Source: Octopus vulgaris (lineage: Eukaryota). Taken from it: 64,000 nt of DNA. Made by a program: the position numbers and the translations under genes. Location: assembly GCA_951406725.2 (NCBI GenBank), contig OX597842.1:2666001-2730000 (forward strand), in the 5' to 3' direction. Shown in pieces: positions 39,363-54,035 of this stretch; positions within the stretch are counted from its first letter, which is position 1, and each line of letters begins with the position of its first letter. Below the pieces are notes generated by a model. It saw nothing but the letters and a program-made list of their open reading frames with translations, had not been told where the DNA came from and ran no database searches.

Positions 39363-39483
39363 GAAGAAGAAGAAGAAGAAGAAGAAGAAGAAGAAGAAGA
39401 AGAAGAAGAAGAAGAAGAAGAAGAAGAAGAAGAATTAGAAGAAGAAGGAGAAAGAAGAAGAAGAAGAAAGAAGAAGAAGAAGA
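39232..39483. repeat. (AAT)n abutting (GAA)n microsatellite
   Basis: Direct inspection. Confidence 0.95.
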
Positions 39484-39638
39484 AAAACACAAACACAAAT
39501 CACACCCTACTACTACTTCCTCCAACAACAACTATCAACACCAGCACCACCACAACTACTACTAATAATAATAATAATGATAATGATAACAGTAAAAATA
39601 ACAATAATTATTATGTACTTTGATATATATGTATGTAG

Positions 39639-39687
<49 letters not shown>

Positions 39688-39872
39688 TATGTATATACTT
39701 AGACATTCCTAGTAATTATAAATACCATTGAACAAAGGAAGAGATTTGTACTGAGCAACCGAGCCCAAATTGGTTAATATATATAATATGTCTAACCACA
39801 CACTGTGAATGAGATTATTTGTATTTTGTGAGCGCAAGTATGATGTATATGGTGTGTGTCTTGCATACATAC

Positions 39873-39906
<34 letters not shown>

Positions 39907-40103
39907 ATACACACACACATATATGTATTAAGTGTATATATATATAGAGAGAGAGAGAGGAGAGAGAGAGAGAGCGAGAGAGAGAGCGAGAGCGAGAGAG
40001 AGAGCGCGATATGTATGTGTATATATATACATACATACAAACACACATATACACACATTAAGTATATATATATATATATATGCACACATATATGTATTAA
40101 GTG

Positions 40104-40153
<50 letters not shown>

Positions 40154-40217
40154 GAGAGAGAGAGAGAGATGAGAGAAAGAGAGCGAGAGAGAGTGCAAGA
40201 TGTATGTGTATATATAT

Positions 40218-40248
<31 letters not shown>

Positions 40249-40302
40249 CACATACACACATATACATGCCTTAACACATACATAAAAAAATATTTACCTA
40301 TA

Positions 40303-40347
<45 letters not shown>

Positions 40348-40900
40348 GTATATATATATGCACACTGACATATATGTATATGCATGACAGTTATTATAGG
40401 TGACTGGTATTTCCTGTAACACTGTACTGGCTTTTACTTGAAACTCATTTCTTGAGGCATTATTATTTTCAAATAAAGATTTTAAAAATATCCTAAATTT
40501 CCTTATTGTTGAAATTTGAATTGAAATTAAATTTAAATTCATGTAGCCTGCTGTTTGAAAATCTCAAGCAGAAAAAGAAAAACGTTTAAAAACGTAAGCA
40601 TAAATTTTCTTCTGTACAAAATGTGTAGATCCGTCTCCTACATTGAATATCATAGCAGATACAGTACTTCAACCACAGAAAATGTGCATCTCTTCCTTCC
40701 ATTATATGGCTCCATTTTATATCCACTTCTTGCTTCTATTATGTGGTTCCACTTTATATCAACACCATTTTGAGGTTCCGCATGTGTTGGGATGGTGAAT
40801 CATAGTTACTTCTGTCAGTATTTTTAAATGAATGTGTGTGTGTTATGCATCATATTTTGATGGTATTTTCTGTTAATATTATATAAGCTTTTTTTTTTCA

Positions 40901-41303
40901 AAAATAGAAATAATGCATGTCTAAATCTCTCAGAGAGATTTATACAGAAGTAACACTATAAAATGGTGGTATGTTGCCAACTTAATGTGACAGTCCCATG
41001 AAAGGGAATAATATTACTGCTATTTAGCCCTAGGAAGCACTGCTTCCTGTTGGCCTTGACGCACTTCCTGTGTCCTTATGTTTACAAAGGGGGAGATTAG
41101 TAATTCCACCCAGCAAAGCCAACATCCAGAGACTAGTTTCTGAGTTATTGCTCATCATCAGTCTGGAGTTGCATGGCTTGCTAGCTGTCGATGCCTATCT
41201 GCCTCTGTAAACATATAATAATTCAAGTGAAATACATTCACTGATAATAATCACTACTGTATAAATCTCTCTGAGAGATTTAGAAATGTATTATTTCTAT
41301 TTT
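40901..41303 (-). mobile_element. Family H2 element bounded by ~47-bp inverted repeats
   Basis: AAAATAGAAATAATGCATGTCTAAATCTCTCAGAGAGATTTATACAG / CTGTATAAATCTCTCTGAGAGATTTAGAAATGTATTATTTCTATTTT; interior homologous to 57590-57770. Confidence 0.8.
41125..41167 (-). ncRNA. Intact minimal type I hammerhead ribozyme motif
   Basis: UCCAGA CUGAUGA UGAG CAAUAA CUCA GAAAC UA GUC UCUGGA: 6-bp stem I, 4-bp stem II, all core bases, palindromic ACUAGU stem III, GUC cleavage triplet. Confidence 0.85.
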
Positions 41304-41339
41304 CGAAATCAGGGAAAATAGGTATGAGGCTGAAAGTTT

Positions 41340-41970
41340 ATCTTTGTTACTGGATTTGCAAACTCATTACCAATGGTCCATAGATGTCCTCTTTTCTCTT
41401 GTATTTTCCTAACCACATTTGTGTCCAGAGGGCAACTGATTTCCACAACAGAGCATATCTTTTCTTTTGTGGTCTCACATAACAATATCTGGCCAGTTGT
41501 CTTTTAACATGGTGGCTGATTTAATTTTCAAGTTCCACCAATATTCTTTTGACCCATTGGTCTCAATATGAACAACTTCATTTGTAAGAGGTATTCTCTT
41601 TTTTTTTGTGTTATCCTTTTCCAGACTGTTCTGGCCACTACATCCTCCCTCTTGAGAAGATAATATCAGGAAGACATTCTCTTGCAAATGGTAATAATAC
41701 CGTTGATGTCTTTAGTCTTGGTCTTACACAGCCTACATTTGTTGCCTGTCAACGTTTTCTGCCTCTTATGTTGTAGGTACTTGGTGGGGGGGGTCTCTTG
41801 TTCTTGGATTGCATGGATCTAGCCTTCAAAGAAGGATGTCACAAACTTGTCGGTACTCCATACCAAGCTGTTGACAGACTTGATTCCTTCTTTGGTTTTT
41901 GTTGTACATGCCAAGTCCCCATGTATTATCTTCTCAGTGAAGTGGTTAATTTTTTCCTCTGTTGTTCTGA
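41340..41970 (-). pseudogene. R4/Dong-like LINE fragment (CCHC knuckle + RLE)
   Basis: Minus translation EG*IHAIQEQE..TKYL; KCRLCKTKTKDINGIITIC; EYWWNLKIKSATMLKDNWPDIVM. Confidence 0.7.
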
Positions 41971-41987
41971 TATGTATGTATGTATGT

Positions 41988-42678
41988 CATTATTTAGTTT
42001 TATTTCAAGATTTCTTGCTAATAGAGAAAGAACTGGGTTCTAACCTAAATTCAAGGCTCCTTCATTGGAATTTCAACATCAACGAAAGGATATTTTTGTT
42101 TGTTTGTATGTATGTGCAGATTTATATGTATGTATTTTCATGCATGTAGTTGCATATCTAGACATGCTCATATAAATTTAAACAATAAACTTCTGGAAAG
42201 TTTTACAGAGTTTTACAGTTCCAATGATCTCTTGAATTTTCTATGCCATTATTCAGTTTTATTACAAGATTTTCTTTTCCCATTAGAGAAACAACTGGTT
42301 TCTAACCTTGATCCAAGTTTCCTTCATTGAAATTTCAACAATATAAACAGGGTATTTTTGTATGTATATATGTATATGTGCAGATTTGTATGTTTTACTT
42401 TACATATGTATTCTCAAGCATATCTAAACATGCACATATATCTAAACATCTATACATGCTCATATATACTCAAATGAGAAACTCCTGGAAAGTTTCACAG
42501 ATTTTTACAGTTCCAGTGATGGATTGGATATGTAGCTTTTGAATCAGCTTACTTCTTTCTGGTTTTGAGAAACCTAATTTCTCAAGATTGGTATTTAGGA
42601 CAGTGTGTTACATATCTCAGTGTCCCAATAATTACAGGTATAATCCTGAACTTGTAATCTAGATAGAGTTGCTGTAGA
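41988..42678 (-). mobile_element. Two tandem 3' ends of the LINE seen at 9935-10380
   Basis: Repeated TTCTAACCT..CCTTCATTGGAATTTCAACA..GGAAAGTTTCACAGATTTTTACAGTTCC; the 3' end abuts (TATG)n. Confidence 0.75.
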
Positions 42679-43155
42679 CGTATGTACGCACAGTTTGTTC
42701 TATGCACTTTAATTTGTTATTAGTTTGGATTTAGCATAGAAATGCTTTATTTAATCTTGACATATTTCTCTCAAACTTCCCCACTACATTCTCTTCCTAT
42801 TTTAGACTTACCCTTTCACTCCTTTTCTCTCTCTCTCTCTCTGTCCAGACTCTCTCTCTCTCTTTCTAGACACACACATTCTCTCTCATTCTCTCCCTCT
42901 ATCTTCCTTTCTTTCCCCGTTTGTCTCTCTTCCCTCCCACATACTGTTAATCTCCACCATCACCACCACCAGCACTGCCGCCACCACTGCCACCACAAGC
43001 ACCACCACCACCACCACCACATCTTTCATAATCACTGTAGTAAACTCATACCCTCACTTTCTCACTGAATATATTAAGCTCACTCTTTAAATAACTTTCT
43101 CTCTTTCCAATTATATTAACTCCAGCTTTTATATATATATCTCTCTCTATCTCTC

Positions 43156-43850
<695 letters not shown>

Positions 43851-44339
43851 CCTCCCCCTCCATGCCATATCCCTCCCACTCCCCCAATTCTCACCCTTCC
43901 CACTTCACCAACTATATTAACTAACCACTTCCTCCCACGACCACCACCGCAATTGCATTAAGCCCTATTACCACCAACTAGCCATATTTAGAGGAAGGGG
44001 AACACTAGTGTCAGTCGGTGGCAGAGGGAGTGCATCCTTGTTTAAATGTCTCCCCCAGTTCCATATAATTTAATTATCGACTATGTCAACCGGAACATTT
44101 TATACTCTCACCGCTACCACAGTCATTTGTTGGTTAGGGTGGTGGCTGGGAAGGAGATGGTCGTTGTGGTGGTAGTGGGTGGTGGTGAGGGTGGTGGAGG
44201 GGTTGTGGTTGTGACAGTGGAAGTGGTGATGGTTGCGGTGGTGGTGGTTATGGTGGTTATCGCGGTGGTGACAAATTTTTTCATAGTGGTGGTATTAGTA
44301 ATACTTAGGCTAGTGACTGTTGTAGTACTAGTAGAGGTT

Positions 44340-44870
44340 GTAGTGGTATAATTGTAGTAGTAATAGTAGTGGTGGTTGTATTAGTAGTAGTAGTAGTAAT
44401 AGTAGTGGTGGTGATGGCAATAGTAGTTGAGGTGGTGGTAGTAGTATTAGTAGTTGTAGTAGTAGTGGTGGTAGTGGTGGTAGTTGTTTTAGTAGTTGTA
44501 GTAGTAGTGGTGGTAGTGGTGGTAGTAGTATTAGTAGTTGTAGTAGTAGTGGTGGTGGATGTGGTATTAGTAGTTGTAGTAGTAGTGGTGGTGGTGGTGG
44601 ATGTGGTATTAGTAGTTGTATTATTAGTGGTGGTAGTCGTATTAGTAGTTGTAGTAGTAGTGGTGGTGGTGGTAGTAGTATTAGTAGTTGTAGTAGTAGT
44701 GGTGTCGGTGGTGGTAGTAGTATTAGTAGTTGTAGTAGTAGTGGTGGTGTTGGTGGATGTGGTATTAGTAGTTGTATTATTAGTGGTGGTGGTAGTAGTA
44801 GTAGCAGTAGTAGTAGTAATGTTGGTAGTGGTAGTGATGGACCGTGTGGTGATAGTGGTGGTAGTTGTAG
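44340..44870. repeat. (GTA/GTG)-derived minisatellite
   Basis: Recurrent GTATTAGTAGTTGTAGTAGTAGTGGTG units. Confidence 0.9.
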
Positions 44871-45298
44871 AGACTGTGTTCTGTGTCCCTTGGAGGGAAA
44901 TAACACTCAAAAGCTTGAATTGGGATTGAAACCCTGCATCTGGAAGGTCACCAGATGCTCAAAACACTCCACCAGTTCAGCGATGCACATGGAGGCATGG
45001 CCCTGTGTTTAAGACACTTGTTTAGTAACCACATGGTTTCAGGTTCAGTCCCACTGCGTGACACCTTCAGCAAGTGTATTCTACTCTGGCCCTTGATAAA
45101 CTAAAACCTTGTGAATGGATTTTGTAGGTGGAAATTAAAGAAACCCGTTTGTGTGCTAATGTGTGTGTGTGTGTGTGCATGTAATTAATTATTTGGACTT
45201 TGGTTATAGGTTTAGTAGTATACCAGTTAAAGCACTTCCACTGTTTCGGCTATCTGATGTCATCTGCAGTTTTGATATAAATTCATTATGTATATATT

Positions 45299-45714
45299 AG
45301 GCACAGGAGTGGCTGTGTGGTAAGTAGCTTGTTTACCAACCACATGGTTCCGGGTTCAGTCCCACTGCGTGGCATCTTGGGCAAGTATCTTCTACTATAG
45401 CCTCGGGCCGACCAAATCCTTGTGAGTGGATTTGGTAGACAGAAACTGAAAAAAGCCTGTCGTATATATGTATATATATGTATATGTGTGTGTGTGTGTG
45501 TGTGTTTGTGTGTCTGTATTTGTCCCCCTAGCATTGCTTGACAACTGATGCTGGTGTGTTTATATCCCTGTTTCTTAGCGGCTCGGTAAAAGAGACCAAT
45601 AAAATAAGTACTGGGCTTACAAAATAATAAGTCCCGGGGTTGAGTTGCTCGATTAAAGGCGGTGCTCCAGCATGGCCGCTGTCAAATGACTGAAACAAGT
45701 AAAAGAGTAAAGAG
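45299..45714 (+). mobile_element. SINE family A, full length
   Basis: Diagnostic head and tail. Confidence 0.9.
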
Positions 45715-45787
45715 TATACAAATATATAGGCATAGGAGTGGCTGTGTGGTAAGTAGAAAGGATTTTTATTGTTATTATTAATATTAT

Positions 45788-46347
45788 TGAGTGAGAGAGC
45801 AGTTCATGCCATCAAAGTGACACTGGGGTAAAATATACAAAGCCCAGTATACCCATCATGACTACCCGTTTGGTAAGGGTACACCAGGCACATGCATCAC
45901 AACCATATGTGCGTGACATGGTGATCTCATATCAAGATAAACAGCACATGACCTTGCAGGTGGGGCCCAGTTAGAAATTTTCTTCAGTTTGAGTAGCCCA
46001 TTCTGCTCAAAAGGTCCCTGAATAAGGATTGATTAAGGATGTTGAACAAACCACCCATGTTTCCAGAGGTGAATTATTCAAACCCCAAAGAATCCCTCTC
46101 AACACATGGCTAAGATGATTCCCCAACTACTTCTGCTCGTGATCAGAGATGTACATATCGTCAGCCACTAAGGGACATGCTCAACTGGTTAAGGTCAAAC
46201 AACTGACAAGCAAATCTGTGGTATTGAGCAGAATATTTGCTGTAGCCCATCTTTTTATACCAAGACAAAACAATGTACATGATAACACTTTCAATCAGTT
46301 AAGATAAGAAGCCATGAGAGCCGCTGTCTGGTACTGCATCAAGGCAT
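45788..46347. mobile_element. Unclassified ~560-bp interspersed repeat embedded in (ATT)n
   Basis: Flanked by (ATT)n on both sides; a reverse-complement partial copy at 48672-49032 also abuts (ATT)n. Confidence 0.75.
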
Positions 46348-46357
46348 TTATTATTAC

Positions 46358-46405
<48 letters not shown>

Positions 46406-46453
46406 TATTATTAGTATTATTTTTATTATTATTATCATTATTATTATTATTAC

Positions 46454-46507
<54 letters not shown>

Positions 46508-46752
46508 CATCATCTTTATTTCTTTTATTAATAATCCTTTCTACTATAGGCACAAGGCCTGAAATTTCAGGAGAAGGGACAAGTGAATTGCATTGACCCC
46601 AGTGCTTGGCTGGTACTTATTTTATTGATCCCAAAGGGATAACAGTCAAAGTCAACCCTGTCTGAATTTGAACTCAGAATGTGAAGACAGATGAAATACT
46701 GCTAAGCATTTTGCTTAACATGATAATGATTCTGCCAGCTCACCATCTTAAC

Positions 46753-46812
<60 letters not shown>

Positions 46813-47071
46813 GATGATGATAATAATAGCAGTAATAAAAATGGAAATTTTGTTCATTTGCCGCAGGGGCATTGGATGATCGAGACATTCACAAAGACAA
46901 ATTATATTTGTGCAGCAGAGGCGGGTTACATACGAATCCATGATGGAAATAATAATGATGATGATGATGAGGAGGAGGAGGAGGAGGAGGATGAGGATGA
47001 CGATAATGGTGATAACAGTCATCTTCATTTTCAGCATCTACTGTCACACACAAAAACAACTACAAAACAAC

Positions 47072-47150
<79 letters not shown>

Positions 47151-47161
47151 TAATAATAATG

Positions 47162-47193
<32 letters not shown>

Positions 47194-47260
47194 AATAATA
47201 ATAATGATAATAATAATAATAATAATAATGACGATAATAATAATAATAATAATAATGATG

Positions 47261-47294
<34 letters not shown>

Positions 47295-47359
47295 TAATAA
47301 TAATAATAATAATAATGATAATAATAATAATAATAACAATGATAATGATAATAATAATG

Positions 47360-47408
<49 letters not shown>

Positions 47409-47418
47409 CAATAATAAT
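47072..47418. repeat. (AAT/GAT)n microsatellite
   Basis: Direct inspection. Confidence 0.95.
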
Positions 47419-47843
47419 ATGTTTTTTTTTATATTCACCAAGAGGGTGATGGATGAAGAGAGATTAGAAAAACTATCCCCATTCCCTGCCCACCACCAAA
47501 AAAAAAAAGAAAAACTGGCAAAAAAATGATAATCGTTGGAGTAAATTTACATAAAATTGTGCGAAAGGACATGTTCGGAAAGAAAAATTAAGAAGAAAAA
47601 TAGAAACAAGGATGAAAAGCTAAATCAAATAAAACGTCCCGAAAATGAAGGGGGCAGGAAAGCTACCTGGGGGCCAATCAAGGAAATCTACCTTCCCTGC
47701 CCCCCGCCTCTACAGATCCCTGGATCACCCTTACTGCCAAGGGCAAATGTCCTCTTCATCTTGCAGCCGAGTTCCACGTAATTGTCGTCTTTGTGATGAG
47801 ATTCATAACAGAGACAGTAATAATAATAATAATAATAATAATG

Positions 47844-47877
<34 letters not shown>

Positions 47878-48290
47878 TACAGGCATGGCTGTGTGGTAAG
47901 AAGCTTGCTTCCCAACCGCATGGTTCCAGGTTCAGTACCACTGTGTGGAAACTTGGGCACATCTCTTCTACTATAGCCTTGGGCCGACCAAAGCTTTGGG
48001 AGTGGATCTGGTAGATGGAAACTGAAAGAAGCCTGTCATATATATTTATATGTGTGTGTGTGTCTTTGTGTCTGTGTTTGTGTTTGTCCCCATCACTACT
48101 TGACGACCTGTGTTGGTGTGTTTATGTCCCTGTAACTTAGCGGTTTGGCAAAAAAGACTGATAGAATAAGTACCAGGCTTTAAAAAGAAATAAATACTGG
48201 AGTTGATTCATTTGGCTAAAAACCCTCCAAGGTGATGCTCCAGCATGGCCATAGTCTAATGACTGAAACAAGTGAAGGAATAAAAGAATG
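47878..48290 (+). mobile_element. SINE family A variant
   Basis: Head GGCATGGCTGTGTGGTAAGAAG; tail ATAGTCTAATGACTGAAAC. Confidence 0.85.
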
Positions 48291-48335
48291 ATGATGATGA
48301 TGATTATGATGATGATGATGATTATGATGATGATG

Positions 48336-48371
<36 letters not shown>

Positions 48372-49031
48372 GCAATCATACAGAGTATGGTGCAGTCTTC
48401 TGATTTGCCGGCTCTTGTGAAACCATCCAACCCATACCAGCATGGAAAACGGATGTTAAATGAATAATAATAATGATAATGATGTTGATGATAATAATGG
48501 CTTCAAATTTTGGCTCATGGCCAGAAAATCAGAGGAAGAGGTAAATCGATTACATTGACCCCAGTATGCAACCAGTACTTATTTTCTTGATACTGAAAGG
48601 ATGCAAGGCAAAATCAACCTTGATGGAATTTGAGCCCAGAACATAAACACAGATGACATGCCACTAAGAATTAGTGGCTGACGATATATGTATCTCTGAT
48701 CACGAGCAGAAGCAGTGGGGAACCATCATAGCCATGTGTTGAGAGGGATTCTTAGAGGTTTGGATAATTCATCTTTGGAAACATAGGTGGTTTGTTCATC
48801 ATCCTTAATCAATCCTTATTCAGGGGCCTTTTGAGCAGGATGGGTTACTCAACCAGAAGAAAATTCTAACTAGGCCCCACCTGCAAGGTCATGTGCTGTT
48901 TATCTTGATATGAGATCACCATGTCGTGCACATATGGTTACCCTTATCAAACGGGTAGTCATGATGGGTATACTGGACTTCGTATAATTTACCCTAGTGT
49001 CTCTTTGATGGCATCCCTGCTCTCTCACTCA

Positions 49032-49066
<35 letters not shown>

Positions 49067-49785
49067 GGGGGTGAGGTGGCAGAATGGTTAGAATGCCAGG
49101 TGAAATGCTAAGCGGTATTTTGTCTGTCTTTACATCCTGAGTTCAAATTCTGTCAAGGCTGACTTTGCCTTTCATCCATTTGGGGCCAATAAAATATCAG
49201 TTGGACACTGGGAGCAATACACTTGACTTACCCATTTCCCAAAAATTGCTGGCCTTGTGCCAAAATTTGAAGCCATTATGACTAAAACATCAATATTATT
49301 ATTATTTTTAGAATTATCATTATCATCAACATCTGTGTAATTATCAACATCATTATTATTATTATTATATTTGTTTCTTTCAAGTGTTGGGCCCCGTGGA
49401 GGCAAAGTGGTTGAGTTCCTTTCGAGTGTTGGGGCTCACAGAAGCAATGGCCAAGACCTTTGGCTTTATGTCGTGCTTGTGAAGAAGACCATCAAGCTGA
49501 GCAAAATCACAGCCATGGCAGATACCAGTGTCACACAAATGGCACCTGTGCTGGTGGCACATAAAAGCTCCCATTAGACTCTCAGAGTCTAATGGGAGTG
49601 CATTAGGAAGGGCATCCAACCATAGAAAACCATGCCAAATCAGACTGGATCCTGGTGCAGCCTTCCAACAAGCCAGCCCAGTCAAACCGTCCAACCCATG
49701 ACAGCATGGACAATGGACGTTAAATGATGATGTTGCTGATTGTACAATCATCATTGCCACTGTTATTATTATTATTATTATTATT

Positions 49786-50495
49786 TAAGACATCACACAA
49801 CATCCAATACTGTGATGTCGATTAAAAATATTGCGTCTAGCGGGCGTTTGTACTGCTTGTCAAGTCACAACAAGGACCTCAGATAGACAGTACTTTACGC
49901 AATATGCATGCAGTTCCAAGTAATGCCGACTTTTTTGCAATACATCTAGATTATAAGGTACTTCTAAAGTTTCCAGATGTTTCTTCATGTTCGATGGTAT
50001 TGAACCCAATATTCTAATGACAAATTTTATTTTTTGATTCTCATTGCTGCCACATCTTGGCAATCTCAATTCTCAGGTCTCCATATTTATCATTGTCTTA
50101 GAGTAACTTCTCAAAAGCATGTTTACTGACAAAGAGAAGTACAAAAAGTTTTAGGAAAAACATACCCTCCTTATTACTCCATCCCCCTCTGGACTGATTT
50201 TGACCAATTTGTTTTGGCACTATGCACCTAAAAAACGATGGGAGAACCCTGTTCAGTAAAAAAACAAAAAAGTTTGAAAAAGTCAAACATACAATAATAA
50301 TAATAATAATAGTTGATTTCCTGGCACTTCCATGTCAATTATTAAGCACTCTTGTTGGTCTCTCCTAAAGGTTACTGTATCCATCCTTTGGTGCTCTAAC
50401 ACCTTGTCTGCCTGGAAACCAAAGTCCCAAATGATCTTCACCTTCCCATTTTCATCCATTCCCTTTTTTGGTGCATGTTTGTACCAAGCACCCGT
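49786..50495 (-). pseudogene. Dong/R4-like LINE 3' fragments with (AAT)n tail
   Basis: ENGKVKIIWDFGFQADKVLEHQRMDTV...CLIIDMEVPG; ..VIRILGSIPSNMKKHLETLEVPYNLDVLQKS/ALLGTACILRKVL; interrupted at ~50100-50310. Confidence 0.75.
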
Positions 50496-50526
50496 TACCT
50501 CATATATATATATATATATATATATA

Positions 50527-50735
50527 TCTTTTACTCTTTTACTTGTTTCAGTCATTTGACTGCAGCCATGCTGGAGCACCGCTTTTAGTCGAGCAAATCG
50601 ACCCCCAGGACATATTCTTTGTAAGCCCAGTACTTATTCTATCGGTCTCTTTTGCTGAACCGCTAAGTGACGGGGACGTAAACACACCAGCATCGGTTGT
50701 CAAGCAATGCTAGGGGGACAAACACAGACACACAA

Positions 50736-50773
<38 letters not shown>

Positions 50774-50949
50774 ATATATACACAAATTGGGCTTCTTTCA
50801 GTTTCCGTCTAACAAATCCACTCACAAGGTATTGGTCGGCCCAGGGCTATAGTAGAAGACACTTGCCCAAGATGCCCTGCAGTGGGACTGAACCCAGAAC
50901 CATGTGGTTGGTTAGCAAGCTACTTACCACACAGCCACTCCTGCGCCTA
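50527..50949 (-). mobile_element. SINE family A, full length
   Basis: Diagnostic head and tail. Confidence 0.9.
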
Positions 50950-51013
50950 TTATTACTATCATTATTATAATTATTATTATTATTAATATTATTATTATTA
51001 TTATTACTATTAT

Positions 51014-51298
51014 TGTATGCTTGACTTTTGCTTTGTATTTGTATAAGTTGGCTCCAAGTCTCCCCCAGGGACCTCAGGAGACAACATGCTAGAAGTTCAT
51101 ATTGGTGTTATGCTTAGGGTGTCATATATTTGGTTTTGCACAAAGAATTGTTCTAGAGAATGTTTAAGAAAACATCAGAAAATAATGAGTTTGTTTAAAA
51201 ATTTGTGATTACATAGGCAATATTTTACGTAGGATATGGGCAGTTCCCATGAGTACTATCTTTTGAATTTCTGCCATTTTTGGATTTCCTGGTATCAG
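51014..51298 (-). pseudogene. Dong/R4-like LINE extreme 3' end (another family)
   Basis: Minus IPGNP..MAEIQKIVLMGTAHILRKILPM* followed by a UTR and (AAT)n. Confidence 0.7.
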
Positions 51299-52109
51299 AG
51301 CTAGGTAGCAATCAGCCCCTTTTGTCTGGCTCTGTAACAATTCTGCCAGCTTCAGCTCCAGCTCCTCCTCCTCATCGTTGTCGTCGCCGTCGCCGCCGTC
51401 ATCTTCTTCTTCTTCTTCTTCTAAGGCAGCTAGCTGGCAGAATGATTAGTGCTTTAGGCAAAATGCATAGCAACATTCAGTCCATCTTTACATTCTGAGT
51501 TCAAATTCTGCCCGAGTCGGCTTTGACTTTCATCCTTTCAGGGTCAATAAAAAAACACCTCACCCCTCCTCCATCTTTCGGGGGTGATTAAATTAAGTAC
51601 CAGTTGCATACTAGGATCAGTGTAATTAACTATCCCCCTCCCCACATTTCAGGCCTTGTGCCCATGATAGAAAGGATTATTATAATTATTTTTATTATTT
51701 GAAATTGCTCAACATCAATGGAAATTGCAGCTGTGATACCAGTGTGGTAGCACGTAAGAGAAGCATCCAAACGTGGCCATTGCCAGCATCGCCCCGACTG
51801 GCCTCGTGCCGGTGGCACGTAAAAAGCACCATCCATTCATGGCCATTTGCCAGCCTCATCTGGCACCTGTGCAAGTGGCACGTAAAAAGCACCCACTACA
51901 CTCACGGAGTGGTTGGCGTTAGGAAGGGCATCCAGCCATAGAAACACTGCCAGATCAGGCTGGGCCTGGTGCAGCCTCCTGGCTTCCCAGACCCCAGTTG
52001 AACCATCCAACCCATGCCAGCATGGAAAGCAGACGCTAAATGATGATGATGATGTTTATTATCATTATTATTATTATTATTATCATCATCACTATTAATA
52101 ATAATAATC

Positions 52110-52505
52110 TTTTTTTTTACTTGTTTCAGTCATTTGACTGCGGCCATGCTGGAGCACTGCCTTTAGTCGAGCAACTCGACCCCAGGACTTATTCTTTTGT
52201 AAGCCCAGTACTTATTCTATCGGTCTCTTTTGCCGAACCGCTAGATAACGGGGACATAAACACGCCAGCATCGGTTGTCAAGCAATGCTAGGGGGACAAA
52301 CACAGACACACAAACACATACATATATATATACATATATACGATGGGCTTCTTTCAGTTTCCGTCTACCAAATCCACTCACAAGGCTTTGGTCAGCCCGA
52401 GGCTATAGCAGAAGACACTTGCCCAAGGTGCCACGCAGTAGGACTGAACCCGGAACCATGTGGTTGGTTAGCAAGCTACTTATCACACAGCCACTCCTGC
52501 GCCTA
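52110..52505 (-). mobile_element. SINE family A, full length
   Basis: Diagnostic head and tail. Confidence 0.9.
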
Positions 52506-52825
52506 TACTATTAATAATAATATCACTATTAATAATAATAATAATAAAAAATCGTTATTATTATTAATGTTATGACATTACGATGGAACATTGCAACTAC
52601 AGAACTAGCGCCACCGCCAAAACCAAAATATAGAAATAAACAGCATTAATGAATATAGATTAAATTTCTTGGCAATAATCTAGATTCAACTCCCTAAAAA
52701 TATTTCTCCTTTTTCAGTGTTCCCTTTTTATTTATTATTTATATTATATTTGTACACTTATTTTGTTATTTTCTTATTTCTTGTGTGTTATTGTATAAAT
52801 GTTAATATATGCGTTTGTATATGTG

Positions 52826-53600
52826 TATATATGTGTGTGTATATATACATATGTGCGTATTTGTGTACATGTGTGTGTATGTATACATGTGTGTATTTGT
52901 GTGCATGTATACATGTCATGTGTGTGTGTGTGTACTTATGTGCATATGTATATGTATGTGTGTGTATATTTATGTGTATGTGTGTGTATATATACATATG
53001 TGCGTATTTGTGTACATGTGTGTGTATGTATACATGTGTGTATTTGTGTGTATGTATACATGTCGTGTGTGTGTGTGTGTACTTATATGCATATGTATAT
53101 GTATGTGTGTGTATATTTATGTGTATGTGTGTGTATATATACATATGTGCGTATTGGTGTACATGTGTGTGTATGTATACATGTGTGTATTTGTGTGTAT
53201 GTATACATGTCGTGTGTGTGTGTGTACTTATATGCATATGTATATGTATGTGTGTGTATATTTATGTGTATGTGTGTGTATATATACATATGTGCATATT
53301 CGTGTATATGTGTGTGTATGTATACATGTGTGTATTTGTGTGTATGTATACATGTCATGTATGTGTGTGTGTGTGTGTGCGTGTGTGTGTGTACTTATGT
53401 GCATATGTATATGTATGTGTGTGTGTATATGTGTATATTTATGTGTATGTGTGTGTATATATACATATGTGCGTATTGGTGTGTATGTGTGTGTATGTAT
53501 ACACGTGTGTATTTGTGTGCATGTATACATGTCATGTGTGTGTACTTATGTGCATATGTATATGCATGTGTGTATATGTTTATATTTATGTGTATGTGTG
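52826..53600. repeat. ~147-bp tandem repeat built from degenerate TG/TA microsatellite (~5 units)
   Basis: Landmark CATATGTGCGTATT recurs at ~52855, 53002, 53149, 53294 (variant), 53471. Confidence 0.85.
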
Positions 53601-53961
53601 TGTTTATATGTATGTATTTTTGTGTATGCATGGGCATATATATATATGTGTGTATACATTTGTGTGCACATGTGTGTATATACATGCGTATTTTTATGTG
53701 TGTGTGTGCATATGTGCATATATGCTATTGTATATATGTGTGTATATACACGTGCCTTTGTATATTTTTGTATATGTTTGTCTTTTTTGTCTTTTGTTTT
53801 ATATTTTTTGTGCGTGTTTTGTTTTTCATCGTTTCAATTATTTCATTAACTTTCATATATTCCACCATTTTGTCATCGTTGTTGTTGTTGCTGTTGTTGT
53901 TGTTGATAAATGATAATTCCAGATTTCCCATGCAGTCAGACATGACGACGCAGGGAACTCA

Positions 53962-54035
<74 letters not shown>

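Noticed and set aside
44305-44929. Mucin-like Thr-rich ORF
   Set aside because: Trinucleotide-derived repeat; no signal peptide, domain or splice evidence.
46681-47529. Asn-rich 282-aa ORF
   Set aside because: Begins inside a SINE and is mostly (AAT)n.
52606-52620. CTCF-like motif TAGCGCCACC
   Set aside because: Only a partial match; expected by chance.
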